A stretch of DNA of 64,000 bases. It comes from Utricularia gibba (lineage: Eukaryota > Plantae > Magnoliophyta). Made by a program: the position numbers and the translations under genes. Under the pieces are notes generated by a model. It ran no database searches, was not told where the DNA came from, and was given only the letters and a program-made list of their open reading frames with translations. Each line of letters opens with the position of its first letter. Position 1 is the stretch's first letter. Location of the stretch: positions 2,232,001 to 2,296,000 of the forward strand of contig CM007989.1 of the NCBI GenBank assembly GCA_002189035.1. Direction: 5' to 3'. Below are positions 13,280 to 25,259 of the stretch, piece after piece.

Positions 13280-14251
13280 TCATTCTGCAGTCGCGCCTTC
13301 AGCCTTGGCTCCTCCGGTTAGTATGTCTTGAATGGTATCCATGGTCTCGTGCAGTGTATCATTTGCTTCTGAAGTAGACTTGTCTTCAATCAAAGGCTCG
13401 TCCAGATCCTCGTTTCTGCCCATGTCTTCTTCTTCTTCCATTGTTTTCTCATCCAGGGAGTCCGTGGTTTCATCAGAAACTGTTGAATTTGAGCTACCAG
13501 ACGCTGGTAAATCAGATCCCTCTCCAAGTTCAATGTTGCCCGTCTCATCATTCTCTGCTGATGTGCCTTCTGTAGCATTTGTTATGGCTGCATCATGGTT
13601 CGCAGTTCCCAGCTCAGTTGAGTTGTTCCCCGTCGGAGTATCACTGGATTTCTCATTCCCTTTTTCCGAACCATCTTCCTTCTCCGAGTCTTTGACAGCA
13701 TCATTCTCCACTGAACTTCCCGTCTCGTTTCCGGCAGCCTTTCTTTGAGAATCATGCGCCACAGCAGTAGAAGAACCATCTGCCGTGTGGTTAGTCTTCC
13801 TAGCTTCAGGGGCATCTTCTTCTTCCTCATCAGCCTCATCTTCCCAAGCTTCGTCCTCAATGGGGTTACTTACCTCGGTTTCCTCATCCTCTGCACCAGA
13901 GTCACCTTCTTCGTTCTTCTCATGTTCATCATCCCCCTCATCCTCCTCCAATCCGGCGTCGCCTTCTTCAGAACGATTGTCGCCATGGATTTCCTCAGTG
14001 TTTGCCGTGGACAGTCTTTCATCAAAACTCTCCAGTATCCCTTTCCTTGCAAGCCTCAGGATTTCATCTATCGGTAACCTTTCAGGTGAGCCGGAAACTT
14101 CAGATTTGAGCTGTGATATGTTCTTCTCAGCAGAATGCTTTAACTGGTACAACAACCAAAAGCACACCCCAAGCATCAGAGAATATTGCACAAAATGCTT
14201 CACACCGATCCCTCTGGATCTTTGATTTCTAGCAGGGGACTGCCGATGCAT
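13280..14251 (-). CDS. Plant acidic low-complexity protein with an N-terminal signal anchor (uncharacterised family), 323 aa, single coding exon
   Basis: Uninterrupted ORF. The N-terminus MHRQSPARNQRSRGIGVKHFVQYSLMLGVCFWLLYQLKHS resembles a widespread plant motif (QSPxRNQRSK..VKH..Q..LLL.VC.WL.YQ.KHS). An E/D/S/T-rich tail follows. An acceptor AG precedes the ATG (5'UTR intron). Confidence 0.8.
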   Translation of the reverse strand: MHRQSPARNQRSRGIGVKHFVQYSLMLGVCFWLLYQLKHSAEKNISQLKSEVSGSPERLPIDEILRLARKGILESFDERLSTANTEEIHGDNRSEEGDAGLEEDEGDDEHEKNEEGDSGAEDEETEVSNPIEDEAWEDEADEEEEDAPEARKTNHTADGSSTAVAHDSQRKAAGNETGSSVENDAVKDSEKEDGSEKGNEKSSDTPTGNNSTELGTANHDAAITNATEGTSAENDETGNIELGEGSDLPASGSSNSTVSDETTDSLDEKTMEEEEDMGRNEDLDEPLIEDKSTSEANDTLHETMDTIQDILTGGAKAEGATAE

Positions 14252-16439
14252 CTTTCCCTTGAACGTAAACCTGCAACAGAACAGACCATAGAAGCAACAA
14301 CATGAAGCTTCTGCAAAATTGAAAACTTAAGTGAACTCCTAAACATAACACATGCACACAGAGCGTCGTTCCAACTTCTACCAGAAACTCACGTTGAAGG
14401 AATCCAAAAACCTTGAAGTTCTGTGTGCAGATTAAAGCCAACAAACAGCAGATCCAAGAAAAGAATTTAATGAACGAGACAGAATACTTCAGCGGCAGCT
14501 CAAATAGACATCCGAATCCTCTGAAACGCATCAAATCTCTACTCTCAATACCTTTCACGTCACCCCGGATTCAGATTTTCAAGACACCCATGAAGAAAAA
14601 AACCAATTTTGCAGGGAGAAGGTGAAGTGATCGGACCAAGTCTGTAAAGGTGAGATCTTTCTCCCGTTAAACTTCCCTACATGCACCGGACGACAGTACG
14701 GAGTAGAAGGTAGAGGGTGGGACGCTGAAGTGCCAGGGTGGGCAGATACATAAAAAGAAACATCAAGCCTCAGAGCTGCATTTAAAGGAATGCAATGTGC
14801 TCTGCCCTCCATAAGTCATGCAAACGACCACTTATTACCCTCTGGATGATCCAAATTATTGAAGTAAATGCAATTAATTCCAAAATCTTATTACCCGGTT
14901 CTTCAGATGCTTGTTTTCCTTACCCTGTGCCGAAGTTCAGACAATTCATAAAAGATGGGCATGGAGGGAGAGACTATAGAGGTCTACAAGACTTACCCAC
15001 CATGAAATATCAAACCCTAAGGCCTGAACAGGTGCAAGATTCAGAAGAGTGTAGCACATCCTTATGACTTGCTGTTCCTGGGGTCTCCACAGCTATGAAG
15101 TAGCTCGTTGAGGTCCGAAGATGTGTTCACAAGGGAGATGGAGGGCGAGTTAATGCTTTGGACTTTGCGGAATTCATAATTCAAAGCTCAATATTAATTT
15201 CTGGGGCTTCAGTACGGAGGATGTGTTTGAAGCCCTGCCCTTCAATTCAGCTGAACGGTAGCTTGAAGCTCTGGATTTCCATGTTCTCCATTGACCACTT
15301 AACCAGATAACCAGTCCCATTTGCATTAGTTTACATTTTTAGGGTGTGTGGGTTTGCATCCAACGCGAAAATCAAACCAGTTGGGAGGAAAACGAGCTCC
15401 AGATCACGCCAGATGCAGCTGCTTGCCTGCCTTTCCAAGAAGCAGGGGTTTGGACTTTGGAGTTGAGTTGCTTGGAGGTGTGGAGGGGGACAGAGGAGTA
15501 GAGTGTGGTTTGATGCTACGAAACACTTCCACACTTGTAGCCATATTTATTACAAGCCTGCAGGGCAACATTCATTGCCCCTTCCCCTGTGTCTAATGCC
15601 TTTCCCTGCTTTAATTTTCAGACATTTTTAACCGGATGGTAGGGTGTTAGAACCGACTCGAACCGGTTTAGGGTTCCACTTCAATTTTTTTTTATTTATT
15701 CGATCCCGGAATCATAGCCCTACAATTTGAGTCGGTTTACTATTTGCGAATTGTGGAACTGCAGTTTTGACTCAAGCAGTTCTGGCACAGTTCCAATCCA
15801 TAGAAATATGGTTCTAAAACGTGGAAATAGAACATTGTTTAAATAATTAAGAAATATTAAAAAGTCAAACAACCAACATTTTTTTAAAAAAAAATTAATA
15901 AAAAATGAAGAATAACGATTTTAGTCAAATGGCCATTTTTTTCAAATAAATAAAAATTAATTTTCATTTATAAATATTCTATATATTTCATATAATTTTT
16001 AAATTAATTTTCAAATAAAATTTTATAATTGATATTCTTTCATAATAATTGAGGTTTATTAATAAATAAAATTCTATTTAAATATTACTAAAACTACAAT
16101 ACCTATCAAAATAGGAGCCATGCGGACACTATCCCAACTGTCGGCCTCAACGTGCTGGGAAATTAATCATCCTTTTTTGTCAAAAAGCTTTTTCGGTTTC
16201 AGGCGCTTTCCAAATTGAAAACATCCAATATTTTTCAATGTTGTTCAAGAACATGAAAAATTTGGATGGTTTTACAGTGCACAGTTGTGCACAACAAATA
16301 TATATTGTGCAGCTGCCTGCTATCGATCGAAGCTTTCAACACATGCAGTTGAGCAAGTGCTGAAAAAAATGTTGAATGCAGCTGCGCACAGCATGTGTCC
16401 TGTTTTCACCGCTTCAGTTGACTTTGTCTTCTCCGCATC

Positions 16440-18844
16440 TCATAGGGGAAGATCAATCTTGTCGGCCCACTTGAAGATATCGGAGTAGACACGATCACCA
16501 CCCAGATCCTCCCCAGTTGCACCTGCAGCAACCCTCATTATATCCTCGATCAACGCAAAGTTTCCCATGATGTCAACATGGGCACCGCTTTGAGTTCCCC
16601 GCCCCTGGAGCAGATTGGCTGGAGGAGCGTGATCGTATTCCCGGATGTAGTTTTTGATCCCTGAAGGATTGAATCTCGTCTTCCCACGCCACGGTTTTGC
16701 ACCCATGAAGCCGGCACTTAGAACCGGAACCGTTTCATCGCCATCAACGGTGAAAACTCCATCTTTAAGGCACCTGCCATCGTCTTCTTCAGTCGCTGAT
16801 GTGTCGATGCGAAATGGGATGGAGCACTCTGTGAGGGATGATGGCTGCATATAGATATATGCCCTCTCTGTTGGAATCCCGGTTCCGTACATGGAGAAGA
16901 GCTCCATGTCAGGAGCATTTGGTAATCTGTGGAAGAAAGGATTCATTCAGTAGAGCAGAAATTTTTTTTGTAGCTTGCAGGAAATGTTGGTGTAACATTC
17001 ACCTTGTTTCGAGCGGATTCGACCAGTATTTGTAGTGATTGTATTTGGGATCTTCCAAATCATCTGCTATCCCGTACGAAAAATGCTCTGTGCCACGAGC
17101 CATCATTCTTGGAGCAACATAATGAAGCAGGTCTAGTATATCACCAGCGGTGTGAACCTGGTATTCAGTGATCGCCTTGATGCCGCTGAATCCCATTTCA
17201 TGATACTCCGTCCACACATCGCTGCATGTGACATTTGCAATAGTGCTTCCTTTCGGAGCACCCTGCAACAGAATTGAAATGCGTTAGATATCATGGAAAG
17301 ATGGGCAGCAGAACAAGGCTTCTGTGTGTGGCTTACCCTGAAGTCGAATCGCTGCTGAATCTGAGAATGATGCGTCCCTTTTCCAAATGCGATGATTCTG
17401 CCATATTTAGCATGTTGCTTGGATACTGCCACTGATTCGATCAATCCATTTTCCGTTTTGACAGCATCATTACTTCCATTGCCATTCTTTCTTTTCCTTG
17501 GAACGTGGCCCTCCTCGGGCGACCAGTCCATGCCACCCCAGATCACCTCTCCCCTTTGGGAATCATCGACAATGTCGAATCCCAGGTTCTTGTCATCCTC
17601 ATGATGTGCTGCAGAGTCTGAAAGTGAAACAAATCCTGGTCCAAGACACCGGGTGCAATGGCCCTGCAATGGATTGTTGAAGGATATTGCTCCTAAATGC
17701 ATTGATTGTTTAGTTTCAGATTGTTGTACCTTGCAACGGCAATATCTTTTGCTTCCGCAGAGAAAAGACCGGAGACAGCTTTCGGAACTCCTAACAGCGG
17801 ACCTCCAATGTTTATCACAGCCTTTAAATGTTTAGCACACCAATCAGGTCCTCCACCTCCACCCATTGGAGCAGGTGCTTCAACCCATTTCATGAAATGC
17901 AAGAAATACAAAGCACCCATTGAGTGTGGAATGATCACTGCTTTGTTACCGCCATTTGTAGAAACCATCAGTTCTATCTGACTTTTTATCCTGCTGAGCG
18001 TTTGATCACGGACCTAGAAATTACTTCAAATATCACAAAAGCAAGTCTTCATTATGCTTTCCACTAAGCAGCATTGATATGTACCTCTGTGTTTTGGAAT
18101 GAAAGTCTCCAGTCATATGCAGCCATGTACATTGTTTTTTCTTCATAACCGATCCGGGCAAGATTCTCAATCAAAACTGCCCACACAAAGTACCCAGGAG
18201 CGAAATAATCGGCAGCAACAAGACCGGAGACAGGCCTGACTCTGATACCAACAGGATCCAAACCAGTTTCATTGTCAAGTGACATATGCTCCACCCAACA
18301 TAAAGGCCTGAAAATAGTGAAAACTAGATGTCATTGTTGAGATAATAATGGCCAAAGCTGTTTCTCATTCGTTTTGAAAGCACTTCTCCCTAAACTTTTC
18401 CTGAAATTCTATGAACAATTCACATTCTCACCTTTTGTAGACTTCACCAAAAGTGCCACCCCACAATCTTTTCCTGAACAATCCATCAGCACAGTCACGG
18501 CCCTCCCAAAGCTCAAGTCCCCCTGTGACGATTCCAGGAACAAAAACAACAGGGTGCTTGGCTCGAAGACCTTCTTTCTTCAACTTCAAGCCAGGCGGAT
18601 CAGGCATTGGCCCGGTTATGGCCTCAGTTACATATTGTGGAAATGAAGAAGGCATCAAATTGTACAAAAACATGAGCCCCCACCACGAAACGCATACACA
18701 GCCGATGAACCGACAGCAATTGTCGAAACACGACCATTTGTTGCGCGACCTCTCCCGTTTCCGGGTCTTGGGTTTCTTCTCCTCGGTGTCCTGTACACGG
18801 GCTGTTCCAACATCAGCAGCCCTTCTCCTCCTCAGCAACCCCAT
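16440..18844 (-). CDS. PDAT1: Phospholipid:diacylglycerol acyltransferase (LCAT family), 6 exons; apparent 1-nt frameshift at 17551-17554
   Basis: KWSCFDNCC plus TM segment, HPVVFVPGIVTGGLELWEG, DYFAPGYFVWAVLIENLA, lipase-type IIPHSMG, DGDETVPVLSAG, GAHVDIMGN. Confidence 0.95.
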
Positions 18845-20275
18845 TTTCCCAGACACGAACATTGCCTAAATGAAATTTCACACAGGAGATCCTTAAAGTT
18901 ATCAATCTGATGTACGTTTTCCAAAGAATTGTGGCAGCAGACCTGAGAAAAAACTGCACGTCGGTGAGGCCGGAGAAGGCTCTGCGATGACAGTCGATTC
19001 CACGAACTGCAATGAATTCGATTGGTTGATGAACAACAGGGAGAGGATGGTGGGGGAGGGAGTAAATAACTATTTGACCTTTAATGCTACTTTCTAGAAG
19101 ACACCGTCAATACAGTATCCATCGTCCTACGTATGTAATCCACATATTACAACCCATAGGAATTGAATGGACGTAAACAAAACCTCTCATAAACAAAGCC
19201 AAACACAAAATCCAAAAAGATCAGAACTTTCGAATTTGGAACCGAGGGATGATAACTGAAAATTGCCGAAAAAGAAAGACAGCCCAATTATTCAATTAAC
19301 ACGAGTATACTATCCTTGCAAGAAAACGGAGCATAACCATGATATATCCAAGCTTATAAGAGAAAACAAACACAAACCAGAAAAGGGAAAAGAGAAGGTT
19401 AAAGAGAAACGTGGCAGCCATTGAAAGAAAGAATGACGTCTTCTTTTATCTCCGCATCACCCACGCGTGTGTACCTCAAATGTTGAATATAAGCATAAGC
19501 TAGAAAAGGGAGTAAAGAGGCGTGGTAAGCACAAAAGGCGTGCAGTAGTAATGGAAAGAAAATTTCAAGGAAAAAGTGAAGTGATCTGCTACCAAACTCT
19601 TTTAGTTTCTTTGTTAATAGTGATCTTTGATCAAAAAGTTGAAACACCAAGTTACCATCTTGGCAACCAACATGAACAAATAGCAGCCACAGATTCCAAC
19701 ATATCCAAATCCATTAAAAAGACGGGAAATGAGATCGAAGGATTCAGGGGAGAAATCGGAGCACATTTCAGAAGAACACCAAAACCCGATCCCGATCAAC
19801 TTTCTTTAATAGACCTCAGTTCAATCAGAGGTCAGAAGAAACTGATTTGACTTCCCCACTAACGAATCCTGAAAACCCTGATTTGATTCCATAGCGACGA
19901 AATAATTCATATCTACAGCACAGCTCGAACGGAAAAGGAAAAGAAAACGAAACAGGGTGGAATATGAAGAAGTTTTTCCGTCAAAAAGCTCACCTTTCAC
20001 TGGAAAAAAAACGTACACAGACTTGTTGGAATGTTGTTAATTAACATTCCAAGCTCCGGCGCCACAGCGTCGCCATTATGGCTCCTTCGGGACCTCCCGT
20101 TGGAGATCTGCATAGCAGTTTACGACGATTGGACGGCGCATTGTAGCCAGCACCACTCCTTGACACTTGACAGTATGCCTTTTTCTTTTTAGTATTAACT
20201 ATGAAATACAAAACTTAATACAAAAAAGGAGGAGCGTTGATTAGGGACCTTATCGTGCGGCCTGAGATTCATCTT

Positions 20276-20293
20276 CCACGTCATCGATCCCAA
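20276..20293 (+). promoter_or_regulatory. Histone type I element (hexamer plus reverse-octamer-like)
   Basis: CCACGTCATCGATCC matches the plant histone type I consensus CCACGTCANCGATCCGCG for 15 nt. A TATA (CTATAAATA) lies at about 20379 upstream of H3. Confidence 0.7.
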
Positions 20294-20355
20294 CATTAGA
20301 TTGACGAGAGCGTGGAAATTCAACGGCTAAGATCATCTCTCTCCATCCCGCCTGA

Positions 20356-20874
<519 letters not shown>

Positions 20875-21120
20875 ATCTTAATTGTGCGCAAATTCTGGTG
20901 CCAACCTAAAACTTCTCTTTGTATCTGCTCATCAATGGATGGAATGCTGTTGCGTAAGTCAATTTAAGACCTGGTTTGCATTCAGAAAATGGGTTTTCTG
21001 CAGATTCAGAAACACAAGAACAGACAACTTGCTGCATTAGATGAATCCGGTAAATGCTAAAAAAACTCTTTCACCCACACGGAGGAAAGTCAGATTATTT
21101 TCTTTGTAAGCGGTTCCTCA

Positions 21121-22382
21121 TCAAGAGGTACCAGAAAAGAACTTGAGTGAAATACTGTTGACGCAATGCCTCTCGTTAGTGGGAGTTGGGAATCCTTCTC
21201 CCTTGAAGACATGGCCGAGGTGACCCCCGCATGCAGCGCATGTAATCTCTGTTCTCCTTCCATCGGGATCAGGCTGAACAAGCAACGGAACAATGAATGC
21301 AGGTAGCAACTTGTTGAGAAATACGATGCTAAGGGAAGACAAACTTACTGTGCGGTTTATGGCTCCTGGAAGCCCCTCGAAGAAAGCCGGCCAGCCACAA
21401 CCGGAGTTGAATTTGGTGGTGGACTTGTAAAGGGGAGTTCCGCATCCCGCACAGGTGTAAATACCTTCTTCGAAGAACTTGTCATATTCGCCTGTACCAG
21501 GGTATCTGATATCAAAAGCAAAGGTTTCAGAACATAATTCTGGAGCAGCCAGCTACAATGAGAAATGACACAATTGCAAGTGCAGCAGCGAGCTACGGTG
21601 GCGTATCAACCCATAAGCCGAGGCATGGATCCAGAGACCCATAACAGATCACTGAACTACTTACGTTTCAGCTAAACATGTAATGCAAATGCTTACAAAG
21701 AACCAAAGAATCAGGTTATCTATCATGGTTGAGCTAATAGAGTTAAAGCCGCAGATCAATTTTAAGAACTCCATCGAAGCCTTGCAGAACAAACACCTGT
21801 GAATCTAACAACCCTTAGCTCTCTAGATGCAGACATTCAAGCTCGTCGCTGAACCTTAAACTAGTATCAGGACATCTTGCAAGGAAAACAAGCTGCAAAG
21901 ATAATATTTTTGAGAACTCCCTTACAAAATAAGTACCATAATTCTGCAGTGTGTCCGATCATATATGATATAGAATTGAAGCCAACCAATCAAGGACTCA
22001 ATCACCCCAAACAACAGCAAATTTCAAAAAGCTGAAACTAAAAAATCCTAACTTACTCAGTGCCCTTTTGCCGGAGAATACGGAACTGCTCCGGGGACAA
22101 GATAGCGCGCCACTCTTCCTCGGATTTTTGCACCGCCTCAGGCGCTGACATTGCCACTATGCCCCTTTTGAATCTCCTCTGCGACTGATGTTTATCCGCA
22201 GCAAATGGGCTCGATGAATTGCTCCTAAATATCGACCGCTCGAAAGATGTCCCATAGCTGAGACGCCCCACCCGGGGGATACAGCGTACCGGGGTACTTG
22301 GAAACCCTGAGGACGCGATGGAGTTGATCGCGAGTGTTCTAGAGGCTGCAAAGGGGGAGGTTTTCAGCAACTGCAAGCCCAT
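21121..22382 (-). CDS. MSRB: Methionine sulfoxide reductase B, plastid-targeted (MSRB2-like)
   Basis: S/R-rich transit peptide from ATG 22382, then [55 protein letters not shown] and [12 protein letters not shown] over 3 exons. Confidence 0.94.
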
Positions 22383-23389
22383 TTGTGAAGCAGCTACACG
22401 AGAATGAAACAAGTGAGGTCTCGGAGGCTAGTTAGTGCTGATCTCCTTTGCTCGATAAAGATGAGTGATGCGTGGCACTACGCTGTCCATGGAAATTTTC
22501 TGTTGCTAAAAATTGCAAGGGCAGATTTCGAACAGTAATCCTACCAGAAAATTCTCATCTTGCTAGATTATTTGATCCGATCGAACTGAATACATGCCCT
22601 AATTCCATCGCCAATAGATATAAAAAAATGCACTACGAATCATGATGAATGAGCGTAAGCACATGTTCCGAAATCACGGAACGATACCCTTTTAAACCCC
22701 AAGCACCAATTCCATCACCAATAGACCAGAGCGTTTTTCCATCATTTCCTTCACAGAATTCGCAGGCAATGGATGAAAATGGCCGCTACACTCGGCGAAA
22801 AACTCTTGCGCGAGTACTCCCCGAATCCCTTCCCCAATTCTCGACAACTTTTCACTAAAAATATTCCAATTTCTACCCCGGGAAGCGCCAGATCGCTGTG
22901 AGCAGAAACCCAATGCTCCGCTGCAAGTCTCCGGCGATTCAGTTTCTTGATTCCTCTCCCGAACTCGATCGCCACTAAAAAATCACCCACTAAAACCTCA
23001 AAGAAAATTATTAAAAATTGGAGCCAAAGGTATGATTTTTCAGTAGAGAACCAAACAGAAAGGAAGAGAATTGGGAGAGGGAAAGTATTAAAAATAAATA
23101 AATGAATCACACTGCCGAGGAAGGTCACCGTCCGTGTGAAAAGATGGCTTATGTTTAATATTTAATTATTTATCTAATTTTATATATTTATTCAAATATG
23201 AATATTATTCATTTTAATTTTCCATATATCCAATGTCTATCCTGCCTGAAACTTATCCCGTCATTAAGACGATTTTACCCCTACTACGCAAGTAGCCACA
23301 AAATTCGCCACGTACCTGTAACCTGCCTCTCCATAGTAGAAGGTGGTGGCGCGGCGCATCTTCCATAGTAACTCGAGAGGACAAAAAAA

Positions 23390-23791
23390 ATGTCCGAAGC
23401 TCCCAGATACGCATTCCCTTGTGCTTCTTCTGGTAAACCAAATCCACCGTTTTATTGTTCTTTCTTTCAACGAAGTAGTGTGGCTGATAGCGTGCTACGC
23501 TTACAGCGCCGTCGTATAGGGGGCCGTTCGTGATGGCGCCGCCGCAGTACGCCGCTCCCCCACCGCCGAGAACCCCTGGCTGTCTAGAGAAATGGTGAGT
23601 CGATTTTACAGTTCCTTAACAAACAGTTAAAGAAACAAAGGTACGAAAAATGTGGGAGTGATTCCAAAAGGGAAGTGTCGAGGTGGCTAACCACGAGCTT
23701 CTTCTTCTTCGTTCTGTGCAGCTTGGCAGCGCTGTGTTGCTGCTGCCTCATCGATGCATGTTGCTGCGACCCTGTCTGGCTCTATTGGTAG
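23390..23791 (+). CDS. CYSTM cysteine-rich transmembrane-module microprotein, 66 aa
   Basis: Exons 23390-23432, 23507-23594 and 23722-23791 (GT-AG, phases match) give MSEAPRYAFPCASSAPSYRGPFVMAPPQYAAPPPPRTPGCLEKCLAALCCCCLIDACCCDPVWLYW*. Confidence 0.9.
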
Positions 23792-24074
23792 TATTAGAAA
23801 TCCATGCCATCAAACACACGCACACTCTTCAGCCTTTTTTCTTTTATTCAATAGTTTGTAAAGTTTGGTGCTTTGTTTGTTTCCCAAATCACCAAGTTGG
23901 AAAAAGAATAAAACCAGTGTGAATATAAAAATAGATACTTTACAGGCATTCTACTTTGTTAAGGTTTTTGCAGCACGTGTCTCGCCGTCAAGACGCCACA
24001 CACACACCCCACTGCGATCCAAGTGGCAAGAACCACTATGCCAACCTCAAAGTTGACAGACATCCAAAGAGAAC

Positions 24075-24260
24075 CCACTGAAGCACACACAGTAAGCAGC
24101 AGTCCCCGCCGACCAAGCTTGTTTCCAGATGCGGCGGGCGAGTGAACACTGAAATCCAATTCTGAGAAGCCACTGAAGCACACCCAGTGAGAAACAGCCC
24201 CCGTCGACCAGAACTTGTTTCCAGATGCGGAATGCCGAAATCCGATTCTGGGCCGCCGTT
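24075..24260. repeat. Degenerate tandem duplication, about 95-nt unit, two copies
   Basis: CCACTGAAGCACAC...CTTGTTTCCAGATGCGG...GAAATCC.ATTCTG occurs starting at 24075 and again at 24170. Confidence 0.8.
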
Positions 24261-25259
24261 ACCATTTCTCCGATGTGGGATGTCTGGGGCTGCTCCGCTC
24301 TGGTGCGGAGAAGGTTAGAGGCTTAGGGACCAGATGGGCGCAGCGCAAGAGATAAAAGTGCGAGGATGCGACAACGACAGCCATACTGCATTTCCCCCTT
24401 CCACGAGCAAGGTATATTCACCACATCACTTCACACTTCACACACAAAAAAGGCCGTGTAATAACGTAATATAAGAACCATAGTAAACAAGGATTGTTTT
24501 GTCCATTTTTGTGATTTCAGTAATTAAAGCACGTGAATCATTACTAATTTCATGAACCGGGCCGACAAAATAGCGGCGTCTTGTGTTCTATTTTTGGCAT
24601 AAAAAAGGTTACGCTAATAAAAAAGGGATGATGTAGCTCTGAATAGAAGAACCGAGTTGATGGCCGGCCCAATTGTTGGGCGGTTTGTCTGTGAACCGGG
24701 ATTCGCATTCGGTTTTAACGCGGCCGTGCTGTGCTGTCAGGGCCCACGTGACGAGTCATGTGCCATGGAGCTTCATCAAAGTTACAGGGTCCACCTCACC
24801 ACTAGGTAGGACCTGAAATCGACGAAGTTCATTCCTCCACGTGGCCTCATCATCCACCGTCGATTACAGGTGGAACGGTCAACTCGTGAGCCTGCAATGC
24901 AAATCCAATGGCCACCCTTGGATCATTTGCTCCATCGGCAATGGACGGTCAGCAATCTGCCCGCAATGCTCACGGGCAGATCTCAGCGCCTTTAAGAAGG
25001 GGCCTTGGTTCCTTCCCCTTCCTCGCTCAGTGCACAAACCCTAACTCCCTGGATCCCATTTTCGTCGTCTTTTTTTTCCTTCTTCGATTTCTTTTAATTT
25101 TTTTTATTGTGTGATCTTCGTTCGTATTTTTGGGATTCGGGAGCTGGCTTCGTGGAGAGGGGGATTTGTTGGATTTTGAAGCAGCAGTTGTTTAATAAGA
25201 TACATGTGTTTTGGGGGTAATTGCTGCTGCCGGAGATCGGTGGGGCGACGGTGGGATTC

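Noticed and set aside
13332-14225. Long plus-strand ORFs (138, 110, 146 aa)
   Set aside because: Antisense shadows of the acidic low-complexity gene.
15229-15251. Partial similarity to miR159/319 (TTGAAGGG core)
   Set aside because: Too many mismatches and no fold-back partner; a similar partial match near 4945 was rejected for the same reason.
24271-24281. Perfect snRNA upstream sequence element ATCCCACATCG on the minus strand
   Set aside because: No TATA box at the required spacing and no recognisable U snRNA downstream.
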